From an uncultured delta proteobacterium (lineage in GTDB: Bacteria; Myxococcota_A; Polyangia; Fen-1088): a stretch of DNA of 57,267 nt. The stretch spans positions 1 to 57,267 of the forward strand of contig CAVWIP010000004.1 in the NCBI GenBank assembly GCA_963755125.1, in the 5' to 3' direction. Shown piece by piece: positions 19,553 to 28,163 of the stretch. The position numbers and the translations under genes were made by a program. Within the stretch, counting starts at the first letter, position 1, and every line of letters starts with the position of its first letter. Below the pieces are notes generated by a model. It was not told the origin of the DNA, searched no databases, and was given only the letters and a program-made list of their open reading frames with translations.

Positions 19553-20835
19553 GGCCGCACCTCCCCGCGCGCGCCCGTGGCATTTTCCAGGGTTCGGGCC
19601 AGCACGAAGTCGAGGCCCAGATCGGTGTCCTCGTCGGGGATCTTGCGGTTGCGCACGAAGAGTTGCGGCGTCAACACGGGCAGCGAGTTGGACACCACCC
19701 AGCGTAGGCTGCGGTTCAGTCGGGTGCGCACCAGGGGCTGGCCCAGGCACGTGGCCAGCTCGGGAAACTCTTGCTTCAGGCGGGAGAACACCTCTCCCTG
19801 GCCGTGCGCGCCCGTGGCCAGCAGCTCGGGCTGGTGGGCAAAGGCCCACGCCAGGATGTCGCCCGACTTGTCGCCCGCGCACAGCACGGCCTCGCTGACC
19901 GCGCACGAGCCCGGGTGAAGCGACTCGTTGACCATCCAGTTGCACTCCTTGTCGAGCGGAAAGAGCACGGTCTGCAGGACGAGATCGCGGCCCAGATCGC
20001 TGGCAGCCAGGCGCTGCGAGAACGCCTTGCACGCGGGGCAAAGCGGATCGAGGACCTCGATGGCCGGCACGCTGCCCGCGCCCTTGGACTTGAGCATGAC
20101 GCCATAGCGGTCCTCGGGGTGGCGAAGCTCGTTCTTGCGAGCGAGCGTGTCGGGATAGGCAGGCTTTTGCACCATGTACAGCATCACCGGGATGAGAACC
20201 AGGGCGCAGCCTTCCAGAAAATAGAGCAGCCATTGACCGGCATTCGAGCCCGCGCCGGCGTCCGCCCGGGGTGCGCCCAAGTGTGCCCAGATGGCTGCGC
20301 CGAGCACGCCCAGCGATGCGCCGTAGATGCCCGCGCAGACCGTGCATACCGTGCCCAGTTCCACCTTCGAGATCCAGAAATAGACCGCGGAAGTCGCCAC
20401 CGGAAGCAGAGCCGCCACGATGAGAAACCCGGTCTCGTTGCGGCCCACGCCCCGACGCAGGGACAGATCCAGGCCACGGAAGAAAAGAAATGCGAATACC
20501 CCCAGCGCGGGCAGCGCGATGGGAATTCCGCCCCAGGTCAGGCTGCGGAACACCGAAGAATAGGGGCTCATGAGAACCGCGTGGCAACCCGAGGTTCCGC
20601 TGGCATCACGGGGGCCCAGGCCTGGCACGATGGAGCAGGTGATGGCGTGCACCTGGCGGTCGAGGTGTGCCACGAAGTCGTAGGTCGACACCGCGGAGAA
20701 CACCACGCCCAGCAAGGCAAAGATCGCAAATGCAACCAGGGCCGCGCGAGGCGCGCCAACGGCTCGTCCCCTCTCTTGCGCGAAGGATTGTGGATTCACG
20801 ACCCGGCACCATAGCATCGTCGGCAAGCGACGCAT
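19549..20835 (-). CDS. Vitamin K epoxide reductase (VKOR) domain fused to a DsbA-like thioredoxin
   Basis: VKOR loop C...GCHAVLMSPYS and TM CTVC; C-terminal DPLCPAC, FPLDKECN, TPQLFV; start uncertain. Confidence 0.85.
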   Translation of the reverse strand: MRRLPTMLWCRVVNPQSFAQERGRAVGAPRAALVAFAIFALLGVVFSAVSTYDFVAHLDRQVHAITCSIVPGLGPRDASGTSGCHAVLMSPYSSVFRSLTWGGIPIALPALGVFAFLFFRGLDLSLRRGVGRNETGFLIVAALLPVATSAVYFWISKVELGTVCTVCAGIYGASLGVLGAAIWAHLGAPRADAGAGSNAGQWLLYFLEGCALVLIPVMLYMVQKPAYPDTLARKNELRHPEDRYGVMLKSKGAGSVPAIEVLDPLCPACKAFSQRLAASDLGRDLVLQTVLFPLDKECNWMVNESLHPGSCAVSEAVLCAGDKSGDILAWAFAHQPELLATGAHGQGEVFSRLKQEFPELATCLGQPLVRTRLNRSLRWVVSNSLPVLTPQLFVRNRKIPDEDTDLGLDFVLARTLENATGARGEVRP

Positions 20836-20850
20836 GTTTCTTGCGAAGCT

Positions 20851-21267
20851 CTACGCTCCATCTCCCTCGCGCAGCCGGTCCAGGATGAGGCCGAAGAACC
20901 CCACGCCGTCCTCGCCACGAAAGTGCCAGCCCAGGTGGCCGCGGCACCCGCCACACAAGGCAAGACGCCAGGCGAACCCCGGAAACCAGGGATACTCGTG
21001 GCTGGCCGGGCCCACCGTCACACAGCCGACCGCCTCGGCGAAGCACCCTATGTGATAGAGGAAGCCGGCCGGGTTCATGAAGCGATGCTCGTGGGTGCCC
21101 TGCACGGCCATGCGGTGGCGGGCCGTGGTCACCACGAAGCCGCAGGCACGGCACAGGATGGCTGGTTCAGTTTTCGGGCCGGCGGCCGATTTGGGGCGGT
21201 CGTCGGGCTTTTCGGCGCCGAGAGGCCGCGGCTGTTCTTCGCGAAGATCCATCTCCAGGCACTGCAT
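20851..21267 (-). CDS. Bacterial cereblon (CULT domain) protein
   Basis: CRAC...CGGC zinc ligands; F.NPAG; WFPGFAW...HLGWHF tri-Trp pocket; alternative start 21297. Confidence 0.9.
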   Translation of the reverse strand: MQCLEMDLREEQPRPLGAEKPDDRPKSAAGPKTEPAILCRACGFVVTTARHRMAVQGTHEHRFMNPAGFLYHIGCFAEAVGCVTVGPASHEYPWFPGFAWRLALCGGCRGHLGWHFRGEDGVGFFGLILDRLREGDGA

Positions 21268-21336
21268 GTGGAACAGCCCACTATCGGTGACCTCCAAGTT
21301 GCGGTAAAGTCACGCCCACTAACACGGGAGGACATC

Positions 21337-22116
21337 GTGAGACACACAAGCAAACTCTTAGGAATGGTTCTGGTTGGTGCTCTTTTCGCCGTGGGCTGCG
21401 GCCCATCCGAACTTGAGCTGAAGGCTCAGAAGGATTTGAAGGAGCAACAGGATGCGAACGCCAAGCTGAAGGCGGAGAACGGTGACCTGAGCAAGAAGCT
21501 GGCGGAAGCCACCGCGGCGGCCGACAAATTCAAGGCATGGGGCACTGGCACCCAGGCTGACAAGGAAGCCTTGCAGAAGAAGTTGGCCGAGCTGGAGAAG
21601 GCCAAGGCAGCGTCCGAGGCCCGCGAAGCCATGTTCCGGAGCCTGGCCGAGAAGCTGCACGCCATGGTCGACGCCGGCCAGATCAAGGTTGCGGTTCGCA
21701 ACGGCCGCATGTTGCTGGTTCTGCCCAACGACATCCTCTTTGATTCCGGCAAGGTCGAGTTGAAGGACGAAGGCAAGACCGCCATCGCCAACGTGGCCAA
21801 GGTGCTGGCCGGTATGGCTGACCGCCACTTCTTGGTGGCCGGCCACACCGACAACGTGCCCATCAAGACCAAGAAGTTCCGCTCCAACTGGGAGCTGTCC
21901 ACCCAGCGCGCGGTCGAGGTCACCCGCTTGCTCGTCGAGGGCGGCATGAAGCCGAGCCAGCTCGGCGCTGCGGGCTATGCGGACTTCGACCCGGCTGCTT
22001 CCAATGACACGCCTGATGGCCAGAAGCAGAATCGCCGCATCGAGATCGTGGTCGAGCCGAACCTGTCCGAGCTGCCCAACCTGGATAACTTGGGTGGCAA
22101 GCCGGCCGCCAAGTAG
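21337..22116 (+). CDS. OmpA/MotB-family lipoprotein with coiled-coil stalk
   Basis: RBS GGAGG before GTG; lipobox AVGC; ILFDSG, GHTDNVP, NWELS..RA, NRRIEI. Confidence 0.9.
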   Translation: MRHTSKLLGMVLVGALFAVGCGPSELELKAQKDLKEQQDANAKLKAENGDLSKKLAEATAAADKFKAWGTGTQADKEALQKKLAELEKAKAASEAREAMFRSLAEKLHAMVDAGQIKVAVRNGRMLLVLPNDILFDSGKVELKDEGKTAIANVAKVLAGMADRHFLVAGHTDNVPIKTKKFRSNWELSTQRAVEVTRLLVEGGMKPSQLGAAGYADFDPAASNDTPDGQKQNRRIEIVVEPNLSELPNLDNLGGKPAAK

Positions 22117-22214
22117 CACTTTCGGGCATAGGCGTTTGCCGGCGTGCCCGCATTCTGGGAGTTTCGTCTGGTGTAGCGGCGACCTGCGGTCGCCCCTACG
22201 TGGTCAGACCCCCG

Positions 22215-23576
22215 ATGTTCAAGAAGCGTGATGTAGCCATACACTTCGTGGGGATCGGGGGTATTGGCATGTCGGGGATAGCCGAGGTGCTGCTCAACCT
22301 CGGCTACCACGTGTCCGGGTCGGATCAGCGCGCCAGCGACGCGACCCTGCGGCTGCAGGCCCTGGGCGGCAAAATCCAGATCGGGCATCGCGCGGAGCAG
22401 GTCCGCGGCGCCGACGTGGTGGTGATTTCCAGCGCGGTCAAGTCCGACAATCCCGAGGTGATGGCGGCGCGCCGGCGCGACATTCCCGTGATCCCGCGCG
22501 CCGAGATGCTGGGCGAGTTGATGCGGGTGAAGGACGGCGTCGCGGTGGCCGGCTCGCACGGCAAGACCAGCACCACCACCATGGTCGCCACCATCCTGGC
22601 CCACGCCGGCCTCGACCCGACCGCGATCATCGGCGGCAAGGCCACGGTATTCGGGTCCAACGCGCGCCTGGGCCAGGGCGAGGTGCTGGTAGCCGAGGCG
22701 GACGAGTCGGACGGTTCGTTTCGCCACCTGATTCCCATGGTCGCGGTCATCACCAACATCGATCGTGAGCACATGGATCACTACGGGACCGAGGCGGCCT
22801 TGCGCGAGGCCTTCCTCGAATTCGCCAACAAGGTTCCGTTCTACGGTTTGGTGGTCCTGTGCGCCGACAATCCGGTGGCGGCCGGGCTGGCGGCGGATCT
22901 GCAGAAGCGCCACGTGACCTACGGGCTTTCCGCGGGCGACTATCGCGGCGAGATCCTGTCCGCCGACGCGCAAGGCACGCGCCTGCGGGTGGCCGTGCGT
23001 GGCAAGGCCCGCGGCGAGGTGTGGGTGCGCATGCCGGGCATCCACTACGCGCAGAATGCGCTGGCTGCGCTGTGCGTGTCCGACGTGTTTGAAGTACCGT
23101 TCATAGTCTACTGCGAGGCCCTGGCATCATTCGCAGGCGTGGACCGGCGCTTCAGCGTGCGTGGCGAGGCGGGTGGGGTTCTTGTCATCGACGATTACGG
23201 GCACCACCCGACCGAGATCTCCGCAACCCTGGGCGCCGCGCGCCTGTTCGGCCGGCGCTTGCTGGTCGCTTTCCAGCCCCACCGTTTCACGCGCACGCGC
23301 GACCTGCTCAAGGATTTTGCGCCAGCACTGAGAGGTGCTGACGAGATTGTGCTCACCGACATCTACCCAGCCGGCGAGGCGCCCATCGAAGGCATCACCA
23401 TCGAGCGGCTGCTGGCCACATTCCCTGCCGGGAGCGCCGTGACCTATCTGGCGCGCAAGGGCCTGGCTGACAGGCTCTTGCCACGCCTGCGCTCCGGCGA
23501 TCTCCTGCTGACCCTGGGCGCGGGCGACATCACTCAAGTGGGAAGCGAGATCTTGGGGCGTCTGGGCAAAGCCTAG
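22215..23576 (+). CDS. murC: UDP-N-acetylmuramate--L-alanine ligase
   Basis: HFVGIGGIGMSGIA, GSHGKTSTT, EADESDGSF, DDYGHHPTE, FQPHRFTRT. Confidence 0.97.
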   Translation: MFKKRDVAIHFVGIGGIGMSGIAEVLLNLGYHVSGSDQRASDATLRLQALGGKIQIGHRAEQVRGADVVVISSAVKSDNPEVMAARRRDIPVIPRAEMLGELMRVKDGVAVAGSHGKTSTTTMVATILAHAGLDPTAIIGGKATVFGSNARLGQGEVLVAEADESDGSFRHLIPMVAVITNIDREHMDHYGTEAALREAFLEFANKVPFYGLVVLCADNPVAAGLAADLQKRHVTYGLSAGDYRGEILSADAQGTRLRVAVRGKARGEVWVRMPGIHYAQNALAALCVSDVFEVPFIVYCEALASFAGVDRRFSVRGEAGGVLVIDDYGHHPTEISATLGAARLFGRRLLVAFQPHRFTRTRDLLKDFAPALRGADEIVLTDIYPAGEAPIEGITIERLLATFPAGSAVTYLARKGLADRLLPRLRSGDLLLTLGAGDITQVGSEILGRLGKA

Positions 23577-23661
23577 AGTTGCGGAAGTCTAGACGAGGCT
23601 GCAACGGGAAAGTGGACTTCGGCCCGTACTTGCGTAGTCTCCAACGCAAAGAGGCGACTCG

Positions 23662-24684
23662 ATGGCCATCAAGAGTGTGTCACTGCATGAGTTCGGCGTC
23701 TTTACGGATCTCAAGCTGGATTTCTGCGATGGCATCAACGTCCTGATCGGAGCCAACGGAACGGGGAAAACCCACCTCCTCAAGGTGCTCTACGCGCTTC
23801 ATGCGTTTGTCGAACGTGCGGAAGCACCTGACTCGTGGGAAGGGAAACTGAATCGCGTCTTTCGTCCCGACCACATTGGAAGACTCGTTCATCGCAGAGT
23901 CGGGGTTCATTCGGCGAAGGTCGCTTGTGTGATCGGGGGAGGCCACATCGACTTCTCGATCACCACCAGGGGGAAATTCGAAGCGGTCCTCCGCGCCGCC
24001 ACCATCGGGGCACCGTGCCTATTCATCCCCAGCCGGGAGGTGTTGTCCACCTACGAAGGCTTTGCGTCGCTCTACAAGAACCGCGAGGTGGCGTTCGATG
24101 AAACCTACTATGACCTTTGCGTAGCATTGGGGCTTCCAGCGTTGCGCGGGCCAAGGGGAGAGAAGGCGGCCAAACTCATCAAGCCCATCGAAAGTGCCCT
24201 CGGAGGCAAGGTTGTGCTTGAGGGTCAGCGCTTCTACGTCAAGGGACGCGATGGGGATTTCGAGGCCCACCTTGTCTCGGAAGGATTCCGAAAGATCGCG
24301 ATGCTGGCCAGGCTCATCACGAACGGTGCGCTGGCGCAGAAGGGTGTTCTTTTTTGGGACGAACCTGAGGCGAACCTCAATCCACAACTCGCTCGGGTGT
24401 TGATCGACTTCCTCTCGCACCTCGCTCAACAGCAAGTCCAGATCTTCCTAGCAACGCACGACACGCTGGTGGCCCAGCGTCTCTCGCTGATAAGCGAGTA
24501 CGGTTCGAAGCCAAGCGTTCGGTTCATCGGTCTTTTTCGCGATGAGGGGGGCGAGATCCACGCGGATTCCGGAGCGGCGCTGTCCGACCTTCAGCACAAT
24601 CCGCTCCTTGAAGAGTTCACGCGTTTTCATGAGGACGAAAGCAAGTACTTCGCAGACTCGATCAAGGGCAAGGTGCGTACTTGA
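23662..24684 (+). CDS. ABC-type (AAA_15/AAA_21-like) ATPase
   Basis: GINVLIGANGTGKT Walker A, SEG signature remnant, FWDEPEANLNP Walker B/D-loop, LATH. Confidence 0.9.
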   Translation: MAIKSVSLHEFGVFTDLKLDFCDGINVLIGANGTGKTHLLKVLYALHAFVERAEAPDSWEGKLNRVFRPDHIGRLVHRRVGVHSAKVACVIGGGHIDFSITTRGKFEAVLRAATIGAPCLFIPSREVLSTYEGFASLYKNREVAFDETYYDLCVALGLPALRGPRGEKAAKLIKPIESALGGKVVLEGQRFYVKGRDGDFEAHLVSEGFRKIAMLARLITNGALAQKGVLFWDEPEANLNPQLARVLIDFLSHLAQQQVQIFLATHDTLVAQRLSLISEYGSKPSVRFIGLFRDEGGEIHADSGAALSDLQHNPLLEEFTRFHEDESKYFADSIKGKVRT

Positions 24685-25211
24685 ACGCCTTCGATGAGGG
24701 GCGTCTCCGGTTCGAGTTCGGCTCCGCGTGGGATGTCCGAAAATGGGATGGGGAACGCGCCTACCGAGAAGGCATCGAGAAGCTCAGCGGAAGCAAGGCC
24801 TTGGATTTCGTCGGAAAGCTTGACCGGTCGCTGTTTCTGATCGAAGTCAAGGACTTTCGCGACTACCGCATTGAGAACAAGAAGAGACTGATGCATGGCG
24901 AGCTTGCCATCGAGGTGGCTCAGAAGGTCCGCGACACGCTAGCGGGGATTGTCGGTGTCAGCGGCGAGGGAAGGACCGACTGCGCAAATTGGAAGCCCTT
25001 TCTCGATGCGGCCGTGAGCCAGACTGTCCGAGTGGTTCTTTGGCTGGAACACGACCCCCCTTCCGGAAAGCCCAAGGGTACCGTCGATCAAATGAACAAC
25101 ACTCTCAAACAGCACCTGGAACGGAACCTGCGTTGGCTGAGGCCCCACGTTTTCGTTGCCTCGCTGGCCGACAAGGCTTCGTTGCAAGACCTGCACGTTC
25201 GGAACCTTTAG
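24681..25211 (+). CDS. Putative PD-(D/E)XK-fold nuclease, translationally coupled to the ATPase
   Basis: KALDFVG...LFLIEVKDFR; TTGA overlap with the ATPase stop. Confidence 0.6.
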   Translation: MNAFDEGRLRFEFGSAWDVRKWDGERAYREGIEKLSGSKALDFVGKLDRSLFLIEVKDFRDYRIENKKRLMHGELAIEVAQKVRDTLAGIVGVSGEGRTDCANWKPFLDAAVSQTVRVVLWLEHDPPSGKPKGTVDQMNNTLKQHLERNLRWLRPHVFVASLADKASLQDLHVRNL

Positions 25212-25279
25212 CCACTGGATGGCCAGCGAAGATCGCGCGATGCTTTCGCCCGGCTGAGCCCACGACGCACAGATTCCTA

Positions 25280-26312
25280 ACCCCTGTGCTCACCTGAGTG
25301 GAAATAGTTCTTGCCTTGATGGGTAGCCCATGATCTCTTGGGCGCATGGCAGAACCGTACTCGACCGAACTGAGGAACCGTGTGGTCCGAGCCTACGAAG
25401 CGGGCGAAGGTGGCTACGCCGCTGTTGGTGTCCGATTTGACGTCTGCGCAGCCACGGTCTTCCGCTGGGTTCGACTCTATCGAGCCAACGGCGATACGAC
25501 GCCACGACCCAAAAGAGGCGGAACGCCGTCGACCATCGCCGCCGAGGAAATCGCCGGCTTGCTCGACAAGCTGGGCGACCCCACAGCGAAAGAACTGACG
25601 GCGGAGTTCAACCGCGGCCGGCGCGGGCGAGCGCGGGTCCATGCATCGAGTATGAAGAGAGCGCTTCATCGTCACGGCTACGTGGTCAAAAAAAACGCCG
25701 CCGGCCGCTGGAGAGTCTGCGGCCCGAAGTCATAGCGAAGCGCGGCGCCTACCGACGCTGGATCGCCCGCGTCCCCACGGATCGCCTGGTATTTCTCGAC
25801 GAGTCGGGGCTGAACACCTCGATGGGGCGGAGCCACGCGTGGGTCAAGCGCGGATGCGAGTTTATCGACCGGGTGCCGATGAACTGGGGCAAGAACCTGA
25901 CCCTCTATGGAGCGATTCGCCGCTCCGGTTGGGTGGCCCTCAACACCGCCTTCGAATCGGCGAACGCAGACCGTTTCGTCAACTGGCTGTCGACCAGTCT
26001 GCTTCCCAAGCTTCGCAGAGGCGACGTCCTGGTCATGGACAACCTCAAAGCTCACCACGACCCACGCGTTCGTCCTGTCTGTGGAGGGTACAGCATCCGC
26101 GTCGTGTACCTGCCGCCCTATTCGCCCGACTACAACCCCATTGAGCCGGGATGGGCGCTGCAAAAACAGCTCGTCCGCAAGCACGCGCCTCGCAATGCCC
26201 ACGCGCTCAGACGCATCGCCCGACGCGCACGCTATCGCGTCAGCTCCCGCCACTGTCGCAATTGGTTCACCCATGCCGGCTATCCATGAACAACTCAGGC
26301 GATCCCTGGGGT
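25280..26312 (+). mobile_element. IS630-family insertion sequence, 1033 bp, apparently intact
   Basis: 20-bp terminal IRs (ACCCCTGTGCTCACCTGAGT vs reverse complement ACCCCAGGGATCGCCTGAGT, 4 mismatches); TA duplicated at 25278-25279 and 26313-26314; the empty site reconstructs to CTAG. Confidence 0.93.
25346..26289 (+). CDS. IS630 transposase split over two frames, joined by a -1 frameshift at A8 (25688-25695)
   Basis: OrfA YSTELRNRVV HTH; the -1 frame reads KKRRRPLE...FLDESG...VMDNLKAH...LPPYSPDYNPIE (DDE). Confidence 0.9.
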
Positions 26313-26430
26313 TAGACGACGGTGGAGCAAGGCTGTGCCGCGGCAGCACGAGGTCAGCAACGGGTGCTGGCAAGCTTCACGTGGGGCGACGGCACTACCA
26401 GACCAAGCGCGGTCTTGACCACCCAGGATT

Positions 26431-26451
26431 TGTCAGACATCGTGTATGACA
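26431..26451. promoter_or_regulatory. Probable antitoxin operator TGTCAGACA-tcg-TGTATGACA
   Basis: 9-bp inverted repeat with 1 mismatch, 5 bp before the antitoxin ATG and downstream of TTGACC. Confidence 0.6.
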
Positions 26452-26456
26452 GCTAC

Positions 26457-26720
26457 ATGCGAAGCGAATGCCGGATCAACGCAAGGCTGGACAAGACCCT
26501 GGCCCGGAAGGTCAGTCTGGTGCAAAAGCGCACCCACCGAAGCCTGTCGCAGGTCGTGCAGGAGTCGCTCACTCGCTATTGCGATGAGGAGTTGCGCGAG
26601 GGCGGTGAGCCGCTGTCCATCTTCAAGTCAGCCGGTTTTGTCGGCTGCGCGGACGGGCCGGCAGATCTGTCTGCTGGCTACAAGAAGGATCTCACGCGCT
26701 CTCTGGGCCGCAAGGCATGA
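26457..26720 (+). CDS. vapB: Ribbon-helix-helix (CopG-like) antitoxin
   Basis: RINARLD...SLSQVVQESL; GFVGCADGPADLS tail; ATGA overlap with the PIN gene. Confidence 0.8.
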   Translation: MRSECRINARLDKTLARKVSLVQKRTHRSLSQVVQESLTRYCDEELREGGEPLSIFKSAGFVGCADGPADLSAGYKKDLTRSLGRKA

Positions 26721-27133
26721 TCATCGCCGACACGGGTTTCTGGCTGGCGCTGGCGAATCGCGCCGATCGACACCATCAGGCGGCGCTACAGGCGATGGCT
26801 GGCCTGCGTGAGGGGCTGGTCACCACCTGGCCAGTCCTGACCGAGACATGTCATCTGCTACTCAGCCGGCTTGGCGTGCCTGCGCAGTTGGCATTCCTGC
26901 GCGGGGTTCGCAACGGTGCCTGCAGTCTGTTCCAGATGGGCGATGGGCATCTGCCGCGGATCGAGGAGTTGATGGAGCACTACGCGGACCTGCCCATGGA
27001 CCTGGCGGATGCGTCGCTGGTGGTGCTGGCTGAAGAGTTGGGAAGCGGACGCATCTTTTCGACCGACCAGCGCGACTTCCATACCTACCGCTGGAAGAAC
27101 CGACGGCCGTTCCGCAACCTACTGTTTGCCTGA
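26717..27133 (+). CDS. vapC: PIN-domain toxin
   Basis: IIADTGFW, VLTETCHLL, MDLADASLV, IFSTDQRDF. Confidence 0.92.
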   Translation: MIIADTGFWLALANRADRHHQAALQAMAGLREGLVTTWPVLTETCHLLLSRLGVPAQLAFLRGVRNGACSLFQMGDGHLPRIEELMEHYADLPMDLADASLVVLAEELGSGRIFSTDQRDFHTYRWKNRRPFRNLLFA

Positions 27134-27143
27134 ATGCGCTGCC

Positions 27144-27554
27144 CTACACTTGCCGCAGCTTCAGTTTTGGAAACCAGCGGCGAAAATCGGTGGGGTTGCG
27201 GGTGATCAGCCCCTGGTACCGACACGCGAAAGCGCCGATGAGCAGGTCGGCCACCGGGCGCTTCGGCGCATCGCGCGCGCGCCGCGCCTGAACGTAGCTG
27301 TTCCAGGCACGATGGGCGCATTCGGTGTCCGCAAGTGTCCAGTCCTCGGTGAAGTCGATCCCAACTTGCTCGAGAAAGTGTTTTTGCGTTTCCAGGTTGC
27401 CGGAAAAAGCCGGCGACAACTCAACCATGGTGACCGCACAGATGACCAGACCGTCCCGCAACGACTTTTCAAGCAGGTCGGCCGACGTTCCCCCGAAGCT
27501 TGGATCGTTCTCAAGTACGTCGATGAGGACGCAGGTGTCAACCACCCAGCTCAT
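27144..27554 (-). CDS. vapC: PIN-domain toxin (second TA pair)
   Basis: VVDTCVLID, VEL, ADLLIGAFA, LITRNPTDF. Confidence 0.92.
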   Translation of the reverse strand: MSWVVDTCVLIDVLENDPSFGGTSADLLEKSLRDGLVICAVTMVELSPAFSGNLETQKHFLEQVGIDFTEDWTLADTECAHRAWNSYVQARRARDAPKRPVADLLIGAFACRYQGLITRNPTDFRRWFPKLKLRQV

Positions 27555-27808
27555 CGCGTCTTTTCACCGGCGCGCAGGTCCTTCATCCAGTCGGCGGTTC
27601 GCCTGGGGCTGCGAAAGGTATTGGCGAATCCCAGCATGGCCTTGGGCCCGGCAATTTGCTTCCCCGGCTCGATGAGCAGCCGCACCTCGCACGACGAGAG
27701 CTTCTGCCAGCGTAGCCGGTGTCCCGGCTTGAGCCCCAGTTCCTTGCGCAACGAGGCAGGCAGGGAAGCTTGGCCCCGTTCGGTCAGGGTTGTGACGAGG
27801 CTCTTCAT
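27551..27808 (-). CDS. vapB: AbrB/MazE-type antitoxin
   Basis: TLTERGQASLPASLRKELGLKPG; ATGA overlap with the PIN gene. Confidence 0.88.
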   Translation of the reverse strand: MKSLVTTLTERGQASLPASLRKELGLKPGHRLRWQKLSSCEVRLLIEPGKQIAGPKAMLGFANTFRSPRRTADWMKDLRAGEKTR

Positions 27809-27814
27809 GTCCAA

Positions 27815-27842
27815 AATCTATCATGTAAGAACATCATGTCAA
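27815..27842 (-). promoter_or_regulatory. Sigma70-type promoter TTGACA-16-TAGATT (extended -10) overlapping ACATGA repeats
   Basis: -35 at 27842-27837, -10 at 27820-27815, 6 bp before the ATG; ACATGA occurs three times in 27805-27839. Confidence 0.65.
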
Positions 27843-28163
27843 CTTCTCCCGGCAGACACAGGGCGGCGCCGAAGGACCAGTGCATCGACGACAGAGCCTG
27901 CGGTGGAGGTGGAGGAAAGGGGTGCGTGTACTCCGCGTCGGATGGCGACTGGGCATGTCTTTGGTACGCGGTACCCCTGTGAGCCGCGTCGTCGTGCTGG
28001 GCTGGCGCCCTGGTCAGACGAGACTCCGGATCGAAAATTTGGCGGTCCGGCCTGGACGGGTGATCGTCTTGGGGTGCGCAACGACGCGGCCATCAGCCTG
28101 GCGGCCAGGGCAGCCCTGTCCGACGGGGTGAGCCCTGTCGTGCGGTTGACCGGGGGCCGGGCG

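Noticed and set aside
18863..20587. 574-aa ORF
   Set aside because: Only the last 229 aa (from ATG 19552) are OmpA-like; the rest is an alternative frame of the VKOR gene
21337..22116. Flagellar stator MotB
   Set aside because: No motA or flagellar genes nearby; it has a lipobox rather than the MotB TM with conserved Asp
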